From Callorhinchus milii (taxonomy: Eukaryota), in assembly GCF_018977255.1 (NCBI RefSeq), contig NW_024704742.1, positions 31,622,001 through 31,686,000 on the forward strand: 64,000 nucleotides of DNA, given 5' to 3'. The notes beneath the pieces were generated by a model. It searched no databases and was not told where the DNA came from. It saw only the letters and a list, made by a program, of their open reading frames with translations. A program made the translations under genes and the position numbers. Below, piece by piece: positions 49,026-62,883 of this stretch. Positions within the stretch are counted from its first letter, which is position 1, and the number at the start of each line of letters is the position of its first letter.

Positions 49026-49316
49026 GTGAGGCGGTTGTCCTGGGCATCAAATGGGTTCTCGTCCGTGTAGTGTTGGGGGAGAGGAGGAGAAAGCCTCGGA
49101 GGAGCTCTGGTTTTCGTCTCTTGGTTCCCCCCTGTGGTTTAGGCCGGGGGTTTGGTCAAATGGCGGCCCCTCTAAAGCCAATTAAACTTGGCAGTCAGTC
49201 TGCTGTTTGTTCGCCCTTTTTACACAGACAGTGCTCGTGCGGCCCTGTGTGTTTGCACTGAGTGCCACAACTTAACAGTCTGACGCCGGGAGACGTCCTT
49301 CCGACGTGAAAAGCAC

Positions 49317-49637
49317 TAATAATAATAATCCTTGCATTTGATATAGTGCTTTTCACGTCGGGAGGACGTCCCAAAGCTCTTCACAGAACACACTGTAAAG
49401 TGAATTGACTGTATATTTGTGGGCAAACGCGGCAGCCAATTGCGCACAGTAATGTCCCACAAACAGTCGTGGATTGAAAATGACCAATTTATTATTGTTT
49501 TTGGTTTTGGAGGGATTATTATTAGGCTCTGTGTGGAGTAAGGAAACTTGCCCAAGGTTTCGCCCTCTGCCTGGAATTGAACCCAAGTCTCTCGCTTGCA
49601 AGGCGAGTGCTCTAACCACTGAGCTACAGGACTCCAC
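49317..49637 (-). mobile_element. tRNA-derived SINE, full length, with L2-type tail
   Basis: Head GTGGAGTCCTGTAGCTCAGTGGTTAGAGC (A box)...GGGTTCAATTCC (B box), TGC anticodon loop; tail CTATATCAAATGCAAGG(ATT)n. Confidence 0.9.
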
Positions 49638-50236
49638 TATATACTGCAGGTGCAATGTGTTGTGCACAGCAACATCCCACGCCCACAGGGAGAAATGATG
49701 CATCCTTTTGTGGGATTTTGTGCATTTGGGACATTTGCTGTGCAAATTGGCAGCTGTGTGTCTTATGACTACGAAATACACAATGACTGCTTTACAGTAA
49801 GTACTGTGAAGCCTTTGAAATCCTCCCCCAGTGTCGAAGACGATGCACTAAGTACCAACATTATGAAATGCAAGGATCCACCTGAACAAGCAAGTGGACC
49901 TCTCGGTTTAGAGTTTTCTCCTGAAGGATTACATCTCTGACAATACAGTGCTCCTCCATTACTGTCAACTATAAACCTAAAGCCTATTTTTTTAAGTTGT
50001 CATAACTTTTTATTTTCCTGCATGATATCAATTATATTTGGCGTGTCGTTTCAGATATTTTATGTGGAAGATGCTAAAGCACTATGTAAATGCGGATTTT
50101 GTTTCTCTTCGCCCACCCTGCCCAATGCATTACAGTGCAAACCTTTCAGTGGTGTATGTTCCCTGCTGGTTGCTCAGTTCCATATGTGTGTGGTGTATCG
50201 TACTGAATTATTGCAGTAAATTTCTTTTCATTTTAG

Positions 50237-50369
50237 TGGCGTTCTCGCTTCTTCATTGGTCCAACTTCTCAATCATGCTCTGACGAAACTCCAGGATCTG
50301 TGGGATTCCATTGGCATTCAGGAAGATATGAGGGTCCAGCGGATGGAATCTGTGAATAACTATATAGAG
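50237..50369 (+). CDS. PRC1: PRC1-like exon 2 (GVLASSLV...LQDLWDSIGIQEDMRVQRMESVNNYIE)
   Basis: ttttag/GTAGTT borders, 133 nt, LWxxIG motif. Confidence 0.9.
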
Positions 50370-51351
50370 GTAGTTGCTTTCTCAAATGTTGTGTGAAACT
50401 TGTTCCACACCTTTCTGTAGAATGTCCGAGATAACTATTTGTTTGAATTAAAAATCTGTCAAATGGCAATAATTGTGATTTTGTTATTGCTTGAATTTAA
50501 ATGATTTGAAATCTAAATTGAGTTAAGTAATCTGGCAAAGGAGCTTTCATGCTGCTTGGTTCACATGTGACAGCAGCTTTATTGTGATTGACTCATCAAC
50601 AAGCAGTAAAATGCTGTCTAGCAAACCTCTAACCTACTTGGCCTCTGGGTGTCTCCTCTGCTTCAGATAATTAGTAATTATTAATTACTGTCACACTTGC
50701 ATATGCCAAATACCTGAAGACTTTGAGTATAATGTTTTTCCTTCCTTTACCCCTCTTTCTCTTCTCTTCCTCCCCCTGATCAATGGCTGAGAGCAAGCCA
50801 TCTGAGGTTAAGTTTGAAAACTGCTCTTAAGTGCCTAACATAGGTGAAGGGCCAATAAGGTTCCAGGCATGTGAAGGACATATGTCCCCAACCGCACATG
50901 CTGGATGATTCCTTGCCACATGCAATTAGCAGGTTCTCTCCTCCATCAAAGTACAAGCTTGAGTGTCTTTGCAGGAGACCCTGCTTAAACCCAGTATGAA
51001 GTGCATTGGTTTAAGGAAAAGGGCAAGCAAGAGGAATTGTTATAATCTTGTATTTGATATAGCACCCATTATGTCATCAAGACATCTCAGAGCACTTCAC
51101 AGGATATGGTGTAAAGTGGTGACTTTTTTTGTGTGGACAATTTATAACCGAAGGAAGGAGTTTTAGAACATTTATAGCACAAATGGAAACTAACTTTAGA
51201 GAGCTAAGCAATCTTCGAGAGTAGAGGTGTAGCAAGGTAACAATGTGATACAGTGGAAGCTGTAGTCTTTCATTTCAATATTATATAATACAAACTATCT
51301 ACTGGGATCAATTTGCTAATATGTTAAGATTCCTCAATCCATTTGATTAAC

Positions 51352-51725
51352 AATAATAATCCTTGCATTTGATATAGTACCTTATCATGTCTTCGAGATG
51401 CTTCAAAACACTTCACAGAATATACTGCAAAGTGAATTGACTCTATATTTTATGGGCAAAATGCGGCAGCCAATTGTACACAGCCGTGTCCCACAAACAG
51501 TCGTAGATTGAAGTGACCAATTTATTATGATTATTTTTTTTGAAGGAAGTATTACCCCCAGAAAAGCCATCCGCCAATCGACTAACAACCAGGTTCCTAC
51601 TTATTGCTAGGTAAACAGACGTGTGGAGTAAGGAAACTTGCCCAACATTTTGCCCTGCTGGAAATTGAACCCAGGTCACTCACTTGCGAGGTGAGTGCGC
51701 CCCCCTCCGAGCCACAGGACTCCAC
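51352..51725 (-). mobile_element. tRNA-derived SINE
   Basis: Head, body and tail homologous to the other copies. Confidence 0.86.
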
Positions 51726-51903
51726 ACTTGGAGAACTTATTAGTGAGTTTCTGTTGTATCTGTTTTTGCTGCTTAGCATTTAACCACTCGTGGGCAGTGA
51801 GTCGAACACAACATACATTTAAAATGTGTCCTGGGTAACTGGACAATGCTTGGAAACTTAATGGGTTTGGCATTGGCTCTCTAAAGTTTGGCATTTCTCC
51901 TAG

Positions 51904-52026
51904 AATCTTCTGGAACAAATGATTCATGAAGAAGAATTTATGAAAGGGCAACTAGAAGAGAGCATTGAGAATTCGCAAAAGGAATTAAAGATACTATGCT
52001 CTGAGCTTGAACGAGATCCATATGAG
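51904..52026 (+). CDS. PRC1: PRC1-like exon 3 (NLLEQMIHEEE...LCSELERDPYE)
   Basis: cctag/GTAATG borders, 123 nt. Confidence 0.92.
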
Positions 52027-53373
52027 GTAATGTTAGTTAAGAACTTGCAATATATGCTGTCTGACTTAAACTTAACTAGTCTGTTTCATTAGATATGCGC
52101 CTGATGTCTGAAGTGATTGCCAAGTAACCATCTGTCAGGAAACATTTATTTTTCCCCCAAAAGTTGAGTGGCTCCTTGTGCAGGTCAGCACCTGTCCTGC
52201 AAGACAATATGGAATTACACTGTCTTCACAGAACTTCAGTCTGTGTAGGAAGAGATTGATTTACGATGTGGTATTGAAGTGACATTTTCTTGCTATTTCT
52301 TTTTTGGGGGTGAATTTGACTTCTTTGGTTTTAGCATAAATGTTTGGACCAAAAGGTACTCCTGGGCAATACCCCTTTAAAATGAAATAATCCTCTGGTC
52401 CTCCAGCACTTTGACTGAAAGTAAATAAAGCAGAGATGTCCTGATAACTCATTTGGTAATTGCCTTGAGTGAAACCAAGCCACACAGATCAGGAAGGTCA
52501 AGGGATTGATCCCTGGTCTATGCTGATAAATTATGTTTGGATGTGAGGAAAGTCAGGGTTTCCAGTCCTCCATCCATGTCCCCTGCTGAGAAATATTTGT
52601 GTAGATCTGTGAGACAAGGGTTGGACTTGGCTGTGATGCCCCATAATCAAAGAGATGTTCTCAACACTAGCTGTCTAGACTCATAATTGGAGAATGATTG
52701 ACTTCTGCAGAACTGTAGCCAAGTTGAGTCTGCCTTCAGAAGCAAGAATGGAAGGAACTAATTTACTTTCAATTATTTCTACTAGTGTAATTTAGCTTCC
52801 TAGATCAATAACCCACTAGGCATGTTGGTGCTTGCCTTGGTTGCTGTAGTGTATCAGACAAGAAGCGATCTTCCTGGGGTCCTACTAATTAAATCATCAT
52901 GGGCTAGACATGCTGCTGACTTTCTGGGATAAGGTTTCACAGGGTCAGTTTCTTTATTTTGATTTCATTTAACTACTTAATGGGTAAAAGGTTAACAGCT
53001 TTGTTAGCATTGAACACAATTTGTTTTCAGCATAGGTGGCTGGGCTTGAGCTGAAAATGCGCACAAGTAGTTTGCACACCTCAAAATTGTGCTAATAGTG
53101 CTTGAATATATGAAGAATAAGGTAGCTCAACAACAACAAAATTACATTTGTATAGTGCCTTTCACGTCGGGAGGATGTTCCAAGGTGCTGGACAGTCAGA
53201 GTTTCGGACCCGAGCTGAGGGTTGGGATCGGGGAGGGTGGAGGGCAGGTGGGGAAGCAGGGTGATGAAAGGCATGGTCGAAGAGGAGTAAGAATATAATG
53301 CTTTGTGAAATGTATATTGACTGGAATCTTGACCTGTCAGCGTTTGAGGCTAAAACTAATGTCTAATTGGCAG

Positions 53374-53607
53374 GTTGATGAGAATATTACTATACTTCAG
53401 CTGGAAAAAGAGCTTCGAAATAAGCTTGAAATTTTAACTAAAGAGAAGAATGTCCGCCTGGAAGAGTGCAAAAGCCTTCAAGATGAAGATCAAGCTATAT
53501 GCACTGATATCTGCAAAACGCCATACTACATTCCCACTGGCAAAGTTCCTTCTTTCCAACAAGTAAAGGAGCTTAAGGAGCACATAATGTACATCTCCAA
53601 AGAAAAG
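53374..53607 (+). CDS. PRC1: PRC1-like exon 4 (VDENITILQLEKELR...ISKEK)
   Basis: ggcag/GTGTTC borders, 234 nt, TILQLEK motif. Confidence 0.92.
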
Positions 53608-55382
53608 GTGTTCTTTATACATTTGTTTATAATCTTGCATTTAATACTCTTTCACATCAGGAGGATGTCAAAGTGATTCACCAGATTTACTGTGAAGTGA
53701 CTGTTTTGTAGATTAATGTGGCAGCAAATGTATACAGCAGTTTCCCACAGATGGTTGTAAAGTGAATGGCCATATTTATCTTGAAGATTGTACATCAGGA
53801 AAAATTTCCTTCTCTTTCGAATAGTACCATAGGATCTTTAACGTCCATCTGAACAGATGGGTAGGACTTCAGTTTAGCATCTCGTCCAAAGGATGACACC
53901 TCTGACAATCTAGCACAGCACCAGGACTTCACTGGAGTATCAGGCTAGACCAGTGGTGGACCAACAAAAACATTTTTCTTGATTTATATCATAAAATACA
54001 ATCAAGGAAAAACAAAACAATTTAGAACAGACTTTTTGAAGCCATAGGTTGGTCACCACTGGGCTAGACAATTCCAAATCCTGTCGTGTGAGTTTGAACC
54101 CACATCCTACTAACTCCAAGCGACCTAGTTTGTAATCTCTGGGACATAAAGGGCCTGAATGTAATCCTGGTGATATACTCTTGTTGCTGCTATGTAAATT
54201 TGGGGAGTTTTTTTGGGGAGGGGGTGTGAGCAACTAAAACCTGCTCAAAGTGACACCTGTTACTTTACCTGCTTAACATGAGCACTTTTGTAAGTCGTGT
54301 AATTGGATTACAATATCTGACCAGTTGTCTAATTTCCTTTGAGGGCTATGAAATAGTAATACTGCTGTTTAGGACTAGTGATTAATGCTTGCAGACAAAT
54401 CACCTCCTACCTTTCTGTTGATCACTGCCTCATCTGGATCACTCTACACTTTTATGACTTCTGCTTTGAATGATATCCATTTTTTAAACTTCAGTCTTGC
54501 CTTTATCATTTGGCTTATGTGTTTCCAGTTTGGGGGTTATTTTTAGAATTATTTCCTTTGCTAAAAGATTTTGTACACTTCAAACTATTATACTACAAGT
54601 ATAATCCTTGGTATGGCAGTCACATACCATAGGTGATCACCTTGCTTCTGGAATCCCGCTTTTACGTTTTAGACCTTGGCAAGGATGTGGCATCATGCTT
54701 GACTTTCTGGAATTAAGGCTTGAAAACAATTGTGAACTGTTGGTTTTAAACAACCAATGCTGCATGTGAGAATATGGATGAATCAACGCTGTTAACTTGC
54801 ATTTTAAAACAACCTTTACCAAAAGTCTATTACCTGTTTCTTTGGAGTAGGGGTGTGGTGATAACTGATTTTCCTGATGTCCTAGTAAATAAAACTAGTA
54901 ATTAATTTCATGGCTGTGTGGGACATTGATGTACACAAATCAGCTACTGCATTTACCTGTAAATACAGTTGCAGCACTTTACATAAATGATTTATCCTTA
55001 ATCATTTGACAGGTACTGATGCAGCATTCTATAAATGCAAGTTGTTGTCTTATTACATTGTCAAGACAAGTATGTATCGTCTGCTTTGTTTGAGTTTCGA
55101 ATTGCAGATTGTGGGCCTAGTGAACTGTTTGGGGTGAGAGTTTAACTTGTCATGTGTAACTAAGCAGTGCTGCTGCACTTTGCATACATCACTCCATATC
55201 CATCAAGCCTGTTTCAGGCCCATTCATTCTGCCAATGTTGGTACTGATACTTGTCCAGCAGTCTTAACTATACAACTTTTTTTTTTTTTTCTTGACTGAG
55301 TAGTGCATTACGAGTTCTATTTCACTTCTTGCAGCTGGTTACAATGTGGGATTTGTTAGTTGACGTATGTTATTTCCTTTAG

Positions 55383-55553
55383 GAACGTCGGCAAGATATT
55401 TTCCTTGGGCTCAAACAAAAAATCATAAAGCTATTTGAGGATCTAGGTTGTTCTCCTGATACTACACTTGAAAATGATGCAGTCCTTGAGACGGCTAATC
55501 TCTTTTATCTCTCTGATGGGAACATTAAAGCACTTGAAGTGTTGCTTGAACAG
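55383..55553 (+). CDS. PRC1: PRC1-like exon 5 (ERRQDIFLGLKQKI...NIKALEVLLEQ)
   Basis: tttag/GTCAGA borders, 171 nt. Confidence 0.9.
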
Positions 55554-55663
55554 GTCAGAAAATCTGCTGAACTATATTTTGATGAGTTTTCAGAGGCTAA
55601 ATTGTATTGTGAAGTGGCACGGTTAAATTGTGTAATGTTTGCATCACTTGTTTTCAACCGCAG

Positions 55664-55813
55664 CTGAAGCTCCGAAAGGAAGAGTTGCTTGCTACACAGG
55701 AGACTCTGAAAAAACAAATGAAGCTTCTGTGGTCTTTACTGCAAATCCCTATAGAGGAGCAGAAAGACTTTGTCTTGCCTGAACAAGGTTCGATACTTGA
55801 TATAAATCGAGCG
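55664..55813 (+). CDS. PRC1: PRC1-like exon 6 (LKLRKEELL...LWSLLQIPIEEQ...INRA)
   Basis: cgcag/GTTAGT borders, 150 nt. Confidence 0.9.
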
Positions 55814-56042
55814 GTTAGTATCGAATTCATATTGTGAACTTTAAAAACAAAAGGATTGTGTTTAAGTTAACTTTGAAGCAAAACTGGCTGGAAATGGAAG
55901 ATCTGTTGTTTTCTTGTTTTTTTTTTGTTGAACTGCTAGCTTGAATGCTTGTACCCACTAACTAGGTTTCTACCTGCAATTCTGATATTGATGTGCAGTT
56001 TTGAGTTTTCTTTGCTTTACTGAAGCTGTCTTTCTATTATAG

Positions 56043-56190
56043 TTAGAACATGAGGTTGAACGACTTGAGCAAGTGAAAGCCAAGAACATTAAGCAGGTTA
56101 TCACTGGCATCCGCCAAGAGCTACACAATTACTGGGACAAGTGTTTCTGCAGTCAGAAACAAAAGACAAGCTTTGCCGCACTCTCTGATG
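56043..56190 (+). CDS. PRC1: PRC1-like exon 7 (LEHEVERLEQVK...YWDKCFCS...ALSD)
   Basis: tatag/GTAATG borders, 148 nt. Confidence 0.92.
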
Positions 56191-56227
56191 GTAATGACCG
56201 TTCCCTATTTCAGTATGTTTTTGACCA

Positions 56228-56730
56228 CAGCAACAAATTACATTTCTTTAGCGCCGTTCACGTCCGGAGGATGTCCTAAGACGCTGGGCCGTCGGGGATT
56301 TGGAACAGAGCAGGAGGTTGAGATCCGGGGGGGGGGGGAGTGGAGGATAGGGGTAGGAGATTGGCCGAATGCACAGTCGAAGAAGATGGTCTTGAGACCT
56401 GTTTTGAAGCAGGCGCGCAAGCAAGACTAAGGGACTGGGATGGAATTCCAAAGGGTGGGGGCAGTGAATCTGAAGGCCCGACTGCTGATGGTGGGGTGGT
56501 CTGGGCGGGGATGTGAAGCAGGCCAGAGGGAGAGGACAAGTTGGTATGGGGTTAGCAGGTCACAGATGTAGGAAGGAGTAAGGCCGTGGAGGGCCTTAAA
56601 GGCGAGGATGTGGATTTTGAACTCTATCTTCTGGGGGAGCCAGTGAAGCCTGGATGATCTGTAACTTGTGGAGGGAAGAGTTGGGAAGGCTGACAAGCAG
56701 GGATCTGGTGTAGTCAAACCTGAATGCAAT
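56228..56730 (-). mobile_element. L2 3' fragment in PRC1-like intron 7
   Basis: LHWLPQKIEFKIHILAFKALHGL motif. Confidence 0.83.
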
Positions 56731-56830
56731 AAACTATGAAACTAGTAAAAGCAAAGGAAATGTGAAAAAGATGTGGATGTTTAATAGTTTTTTTAAAAAA
56801 TTCAATTCATGTTAAATGACTTCCATACAG

Positions 56831-56967
56831 ATCACTTCACAGAAGAACTACTGAAAGAACATGATGAAGAGCTGCTGAAAATGTCACTTTATCATCAGAA
56901 GTACAAGAATATGTTTGAAAATGTTGAAAAATGGGAGCAGAAATGGAAGCAGTTTCTAGAATTGGAG
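56831..56967 (+). CDS. PRC1: PRC1-like exon 8 (HFTEELLKEHDEE...WKQFLELE)
   Basis: tacag/GTATAA borders, 137 nt. Confidence 0.92.
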
Positions 56968-57737
56968 GTATAAGATTGCTAGCTCAGCTTTCTCATTGTT
57001 TTTAAATGCTTTCATTTTACAGTGTCACTATTAGTGGTATGTGCTATAATCAATCTGTCCTTGACATTCTCTCTATAAAAGGCTTACTATTATTTAGATC
57101 CAGTATTGGGTAATTTGGTTTGATCCTTATTTAGTTTTATCATCTGAGGCTCAAACTTGCAAGACAAATCTGCGTAACCTGGAAAAAAATGAAACTCATT
57201 TTGTAGGTTACAATGTTTAAGATATTATGTGGGCTATTGTTCTCAAACTTCTATGAATTCTTTCCACTGCTTTGTCTTGATCGTTCAGTTGCTGCTTCTG
57301 AAGAAAAATGACTTATTTATTTGCTTCAGTTTATTCTTTTTTGTCTCTTGTTCATTGTTAGAATCCCAAACTACTTACTGTGCCTTAATTCATACAGCAC
57401 TTCATGACTGGAACTTGTCTTTTCTCGCCCATACATAATGTATGCTTAACTTTCTGATGTGCTTTGTGTTTTTTATTGCACTTAACTGTCGTGGTCTCCT
57501 GCACTGTGCACCTTGAAACGTCGCCCAATTTCTTGATCATGTAATTTGCCTTGGACAATTGACAGTCAGTAGGAAAAGTGTGAATGATCTGTAGTTTGAT
57601 ACATCTTGTTTTGAAAGTTTTGAAATTGATTTAAGCCAGAAGCTTCAGTGTCCCAAGGTCATTTATCTTTTTGAGATCACCATGGATCTTGTTTGAATAT
57701 TTGGACTGCAGAAATAGCCATGTTTCTCCTTCTGTAG

Positions 57738-57833
57738 AAGAAGGCGTCAGACCGAAACAGATATGCTAATCGAGGTGGAACTCTACTGAAAGAAGAGAAG
57801 GAGCGGAATCAACTTCAGAGAAAGCTGCCAAAG
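57738..57833 (+). CDS. PRC1: PRC1-like exon 9 (KKASDRNRYANRGGTLLKEEKERNQLQRKLPK)
   Basis: tgtag/GTGAAC borders, 96 nt, signature MAP65/Ase1/PRC1 motif. Confidence 0.95.
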
Positions 57834-57919
57834 GTGAACACTATCTGAGGAATTTCTCTTTGCTATGTACACTTACAATAGCCTATGTACACTTACCGTA
57901 CCTCTAGCTGTCCTTCCTC

Positions 57920-58338
57920 CCCCACATCCTGTCCATGACCGCCTTCTTCCACCTCCGCCACATTTCCCGCCTCTGACCGTACCTTACCTCAAATGCAGCC
58001 GAAACCCTTGTGCACGCGCTCGTCACCTCACCTCACTCCCCAATCCACCATCCGGTGCTCCACTCGACTGGTACCAGCCCCCTGCTCGTCCCTTGCACCC
58101 TCTACCCCACCATCTGAGATCGCGCTTTCAACCACTGCACCCCAAACTCTGAACACTCTCCCTCAATCCCTCCGCCTTGGCCCATCTCTTCCCTCTTTCA
58201 AGTCCTGCCTGAAAACTTTCCTCTTCAACCATGCTTACGGCCACCTCCCCACCAGCTCGGAGTCAGGCTCAGCCACTGTTAAGTGCTCTGAGACGCTGCC
58301 CTGTGTGGAGGGCGCTATATTAGTGCACGTTGTTGTTG
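57920..58338 (+). mobile_element. L2 3' fragment
   Basis: LPQSLRL...FKSCLKTFLF motif; homologous to 636-968. Confidence 0.8.
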
Positions 58339-58559
58339 AGTGAGGAATTCAATTGAAGATCAATATTTGTCATGGGATATTGAACCAGAAGGGAGTTCGA
58401 AAATAATCCTTGCATTTGGTTTAGTGCCTTTCATGTTGGGAGGATATCCCATAGTGTTTCACAGGATTTAATGTGACGTTAAGCAACATTGACTATTGTT
58501 CAGTTTTCACGAGAGGGTGCTACAACATTCAACTTATTGTGAGCTTTGGGACTTGACAT

Positions 58560-59005
58560 TAATAATAACCCTTGCATTTGATATAGCGCTTTTCACGTCG
58601 GGAGGACGTCCCAAAGCGCTTCACAGAACACACTGTAAAGTGAATTGACTGTATATTAGTGGGATCATTACCTTGTGTCAAATTACTATACACAAATAAT
58701 AATCATTGCATTTGATATATCTCCTTATCATGTCTTTGAAGAAAATTGACTATTTTGTGGGCGACACGCAGCAGCCAATTGTGCACAGTTTTGTCCCACA
58801 AACAATTGTGGATTGAGTGACCAATTTATTATTTTTTGGAAGGAATTATTACCCCTGGAAAAGCGATCTGCCAATCACTGGGTTCCTACTTACTGCTAGG
58901 CGTGTGGAGTCAGGAAACGTGCCCAAAGTTTTGGCCTGCACAGGAATCGAACCCAGGTCTCGCTTGCGAGTCGAGTGCTCTAACCACTGAGCTACAGGAT
59001 TCCAC
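58560..59005 (-). mobile_element. SINE tail fragment plus a full tRNA-derived SINE
   Basis: Two (ATT)n tails; tRNA head ends at 59005. Confidence 0.84.
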
Positions 59006-59231
59006 ATGAAAGTACATGAATTGCTGCCCTTAGTAATAGTTTCTTAAACCATTTGCATCCTTTCTTTCTCTTTGTGCCAATAGGTGTCTGGACCCATTAT
59101 TATATTGTAAATTCTATGTGTGGCATTGTAATCTCCAAGTTCATATCTGGTCTTAAACAACTCAGTTTTAATTGCATCACATTTCTCCTATGCTTCCATT
59201 TCTCTAATTTTATTTAAATCTTGAATTTCAG

Positions 59232-59375
59232 ATGGAGGAAGAACTGAAAGTATGCATTGAAAAATGGGAAGAAGAACAAGGCTGCCCCTTCCTGGTTAAT
59301 GGTAAAAGGTTTATTGATTATATCGCTGAGCAGTGGGAACAATATAGAATAAAGAGAGAGAAAAGGCAAGGACCG
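59232..59375 (+). CDS. PRC1: PRC1-like exon 10 (MEEELKVCIEKWEEEQGCPFLVNG...EQWE...RQGP)
   Basis: ttcag/GTAAGT borders, 144 nt, FLVNG motif. Confidence 0.93.
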
Positions 59376-59814
59376 GTAAGTAGATGATTTGAATATTAAC
59401 GGATTCTCTTCAGTGAAGCCAACTTCTTTATGTGATGTTCAGTTGAATATTTTCCAGCCCAAACACATTTGAATGATCTATAGGCTTAAATTATTTATAA
59501 TCCTACTTTTATATTTTAAAATATCTCTAATGAGCAGCGCTGAAACTAGCTGGTTTTCAGTCAACTCCTTGGTCTTCATAGAATGTTGCATGACAGAAAT
59601 ATGTCATTGGCTGATTCCAGTCTGCACAAAATCTCCATGAACCACATGATATAATCCCACTCTCCTACACACTTTCCCCCATACTTTAATAGGACAAAAT
59701 ATTAACATAAATATGTTTGTAAACAGATACCTGAGGTTTGTTTGAATATAAGCTCTAAAGGATTGTTTGCTGCTTTTGGTGTCTGCATAATTTTTTTCTT
59801 TCCAATGTGAAAAG

Positions 59815-59895
59815 AAGGAAAGTGGAGTTTCAAGCAAACCATCTCTAAAACGGCCTCTGGGTGGATTTAGTACTCCGAGCAACAAAATCAGAAGA
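59815..59895 (+). CDS. PRC1: PRC1-like exon 11 (KESGVSSKPSLKRPLGGFSTPSNKIRR; basic tail)
   Basis: pyrimidine tract + aag acceptor, GTAAGT donor, 81 nt in frame, TP site and basic clusters. Confidence 0.78.
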
Positions 59896-60024
59896 GTAAG
59901 TCAAACTGTTTTGTTTCAGTGCTATTTCTAGAACCCCTCGGATGCTTATCCCTTTCTCAGACTTCAAATGCATGTTCTTGTAACCGATAGTTATAGAATT
60001 GCTATTGTCCCTATAGTTATTTAA

Positions 60025-60412
60025 TAGCACTCTCGTCTCAGAGTTGGAAGGTTATAGGTTCAAGTCTCACATCAGGACTTGGAACTCAATGTCTAAGTTC
60101 ACACTGCAGCACAGTACTGAGGTGTGCTGCATTGTTGCCTTGCTTCGGGTGAGATGTTAAACTGAGGCCCTCTCTGCCTGTTCAGGTGGATGTTAAAGAT
60201 CTCGTCCATGATTCAAAAAGAAGGGAGTTTCTCCCTGTCCTGACTAACAGTCTGCAAAATAAAATAAGTCATTCTTTCCATAGTTGGCAGTTGTGCTTTT
60301 GTGCAAATTGACTGCTGTGTTCACCCACCATAGTCACTCCACTTATAATGTATGTATTACGTGAAGTGCTTTGGGACTGCTTCCCGATGTGAAAGGTACA
60401 ATACCAAATGCA
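60025..60412 (+). mobile_element. Deu-domain-type SINE
   Basis: Homologous to the 32120 and 11608 copies; further minus-strand copies at ~36955-37310, ~42815-43040 and ~53630-53950. Confidence 0.72.
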
Positions 60413-60674
60413 GTAACTAGTATAGTTGACTTGATGAGAAAGGGCTGATGAAAATTGGTCTCTTCTTAAAAGGAAGTTATACCGGGTAAGATTCTAAACT
60501 TCATTTTGAACGGGCATGGTGGTATAATAATTTAGTCACTCAGTCTACGACTGTTTGTGGGACACTGCTGTGCGCAATTAGCTACCGTGTTACAGTCTAT
60601 TCTGTGAAGCGCTTTGAGATGTCGAGAAGACGTGAAAAGTGCTATATCAAATGCAAGGATTATTATTATTATAA

Positions 60675-61997
60675 CCTCCCTCTCCTTTCCAACATCCTTG
60701 AACAAGTCATTGCTTCGCTCTTCTCCCGCCACTCTATACGAACCGCTCCAATCGTGTTTCAGTGCTGACCACAGCCCTGGTCAAAGTGACAAATGAAATT
60801 CTGTCCATCTGTTGCCTCTTGCTCCTTGACCTCTCTGCTGCCTTTGATACAGTTGACCACTGTATCTTCCTCCACCACCTCTCTCACCTCAACCTTCATG
60901 GAATGGTTCAGATACTTCCTCTCGCACAGTCTCCACTTTGTCTCCATAAACTGCTTCTCCTCCAGCCCCTGCACAGTCTTGTGCAGTGTTCCTCAGGGCT
61001 CTGTCCTCGGTCCTCTCTTCAACTTGTACATGCTCCTTCTTGGTGACATCATCCGCAGACTTGGGGTCAACTTCCAAGGATGGTATGCAGATGACACCCA
61101 ACTCTGTCTACCTTCACTCTTGACTCCAGGACCACTCCAGGACATCGAGTCCTGGATGAGAGCTAACTTTCTGCAGCTGAACATCAATAAGACCGAGGCC
61201 CTCCTGATTGGCTCCTGTCAGTGCCTCCACACCTCAGGCACTGACAGTATCACCATCCAGGGATGCACATTCCACCTCACTGAGCCAATCCGGAACTTTG
61301 GTGTCTTGATTAACCCTCAACTGTCCTTTCTACCTCACATCCGTGCCATGACTCACTCTGGCTTTCCTCCACCTCATTTCCAGGCTCCGCCACTACCTCG
61401 CCCCTCAGGTCGCCGAAACCCTCATCACATCTAGGCTTGACTATACCAACTCCCTGCTTGTCGGCCTTCCCAACTCTTCCCTCCAAAATCTGAAGATCAT
61501 CCAGGACTCTGCAACTCGTATCCTCTCCTGCACCGGGCTCTGTGACCCTATCACCCCCACCATCGCCCAGCTCCCCATCCCCCAGAACGATAGAGGTCAA
61601 AATCCTTGTCCTTGCTTTCAAGGCCCTCCGCGGCCTTGCTCCTTCCTATGTCTGATCTGCTGACCCCATATTAACCTGTCCGCTCCTACCACTCAGCAGA
61701 TTCTGGCTGGCTCTACCTCCGCCGCCTGGCCAATCGCACCATTGGCAGTCAGGCCTTAAGCCTCTCTGCCCTCACCCATTGGAACTCCATCCCACATTCT
61801 CTTCACCATGCTCCCTACTCACCTCTTCCAAGGCACGTTTCAAGACCCTCCTCCTCAACTGCACCTTTGGCCACCCTCCTATCTGCCCTCCACCCTCTCT
61901 GATCCCAAACCCCTGCTCGAGTCCAAATCCCTGACTGTCCAGCTCCTTGGGCTGCCCTCCCAACGTGAAAGACGCCATACACATGTAATGTTGTATT
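60675..61997 (+). mobile_element. L2-clade LINE fragment (RT to 3' tail), degenerate
   Basis: [45 protein letters not shown] motifs; L2 3' tail. Confidence 0.9.
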
Positions 61998-62883
61998 GTA
62001 AAATCCCTTGAAGCACTTTGAGATATCTCTGATAAGGTACTATACCAAGTGTAAGTTTTAAAAGTGAAGTCTTCTAGTAGTGGGTGGCAAAAATGGTAGC
62101 TAATAGCCACACAAGATAACCCTGAAAAATACTACTTGGTGAGACAGATTCCTGAGGGAATGATTGGCAGTTAGCTTAGTTCAATTGGTATTACTTCAAC
62201 TCTTGGTCAGAAGACCTTCAATTCCTGGATCAGGGACTTCAAACTTGTGGTCAGCTGACAGTAGTGCAACGTTGAGAACGCTACATTTCTGGATTGCCTT
62301 TCTTTGGATGTGATATAAAACCAATCTCTTTTTTGGTGGATGGTAAAGATTCAGTGATATTATTTGAAGCTTGCCCCACGAATAGTTTGCAGGTGAATGA
62401 CCAGCTAAGTGAAAGACTGCTGGGCTTTATACTTTTTATATTNAAAAAAACTCCATTCTCTTTTCAAATCTTTAGCATCCACCTGAAAAGGCAGCTGGGA
62501 TCTATTTGCTATCTTGTCTTGACATGTACTTTACCTCTAAATGTTATTAATTTCAAGATGTGTACTTTGTATTCAAATTGCTTCAAGTTCCCCTTTGACA
62601 AGCAAAACTAGCTTACAAAGCTAAAAGATAGCCTTAATAAACTAATTTTGTGCTCACTAATTTATGTGAGCCAGCATATTCATAACTGGTACGTTAACTC
62701 GATATTGATCTGATAAATCTCTCCTATTTAATTTTTAATTTGGATGCTAATGCTCAAGTTACATTAGGTGGCATTTTTTTTGACAGTTAACTTGATTGAA
62801 CTAGCTATACATGAGTTAGTTGTATCTTTGTTCTATTCGAAAAGCAGTTTTATTTCATTCTCTTTAAATGCTTTCTCTTCCAG

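Noticed and set aside
49560..49637. tRNA-Ala(TGC)-like sequence (also at ~30070-30148, 42462-42535, 58935-59005)
   Set aside because: Each is fused to the same SINE body and tail and lacks a clean acceptor stem; these are SINE heads, not tRNA genes
62440..62450. Single ambiguous base n
   Set aside because: Sequencing ambiguity beside an A-run in an intron; no biological signal
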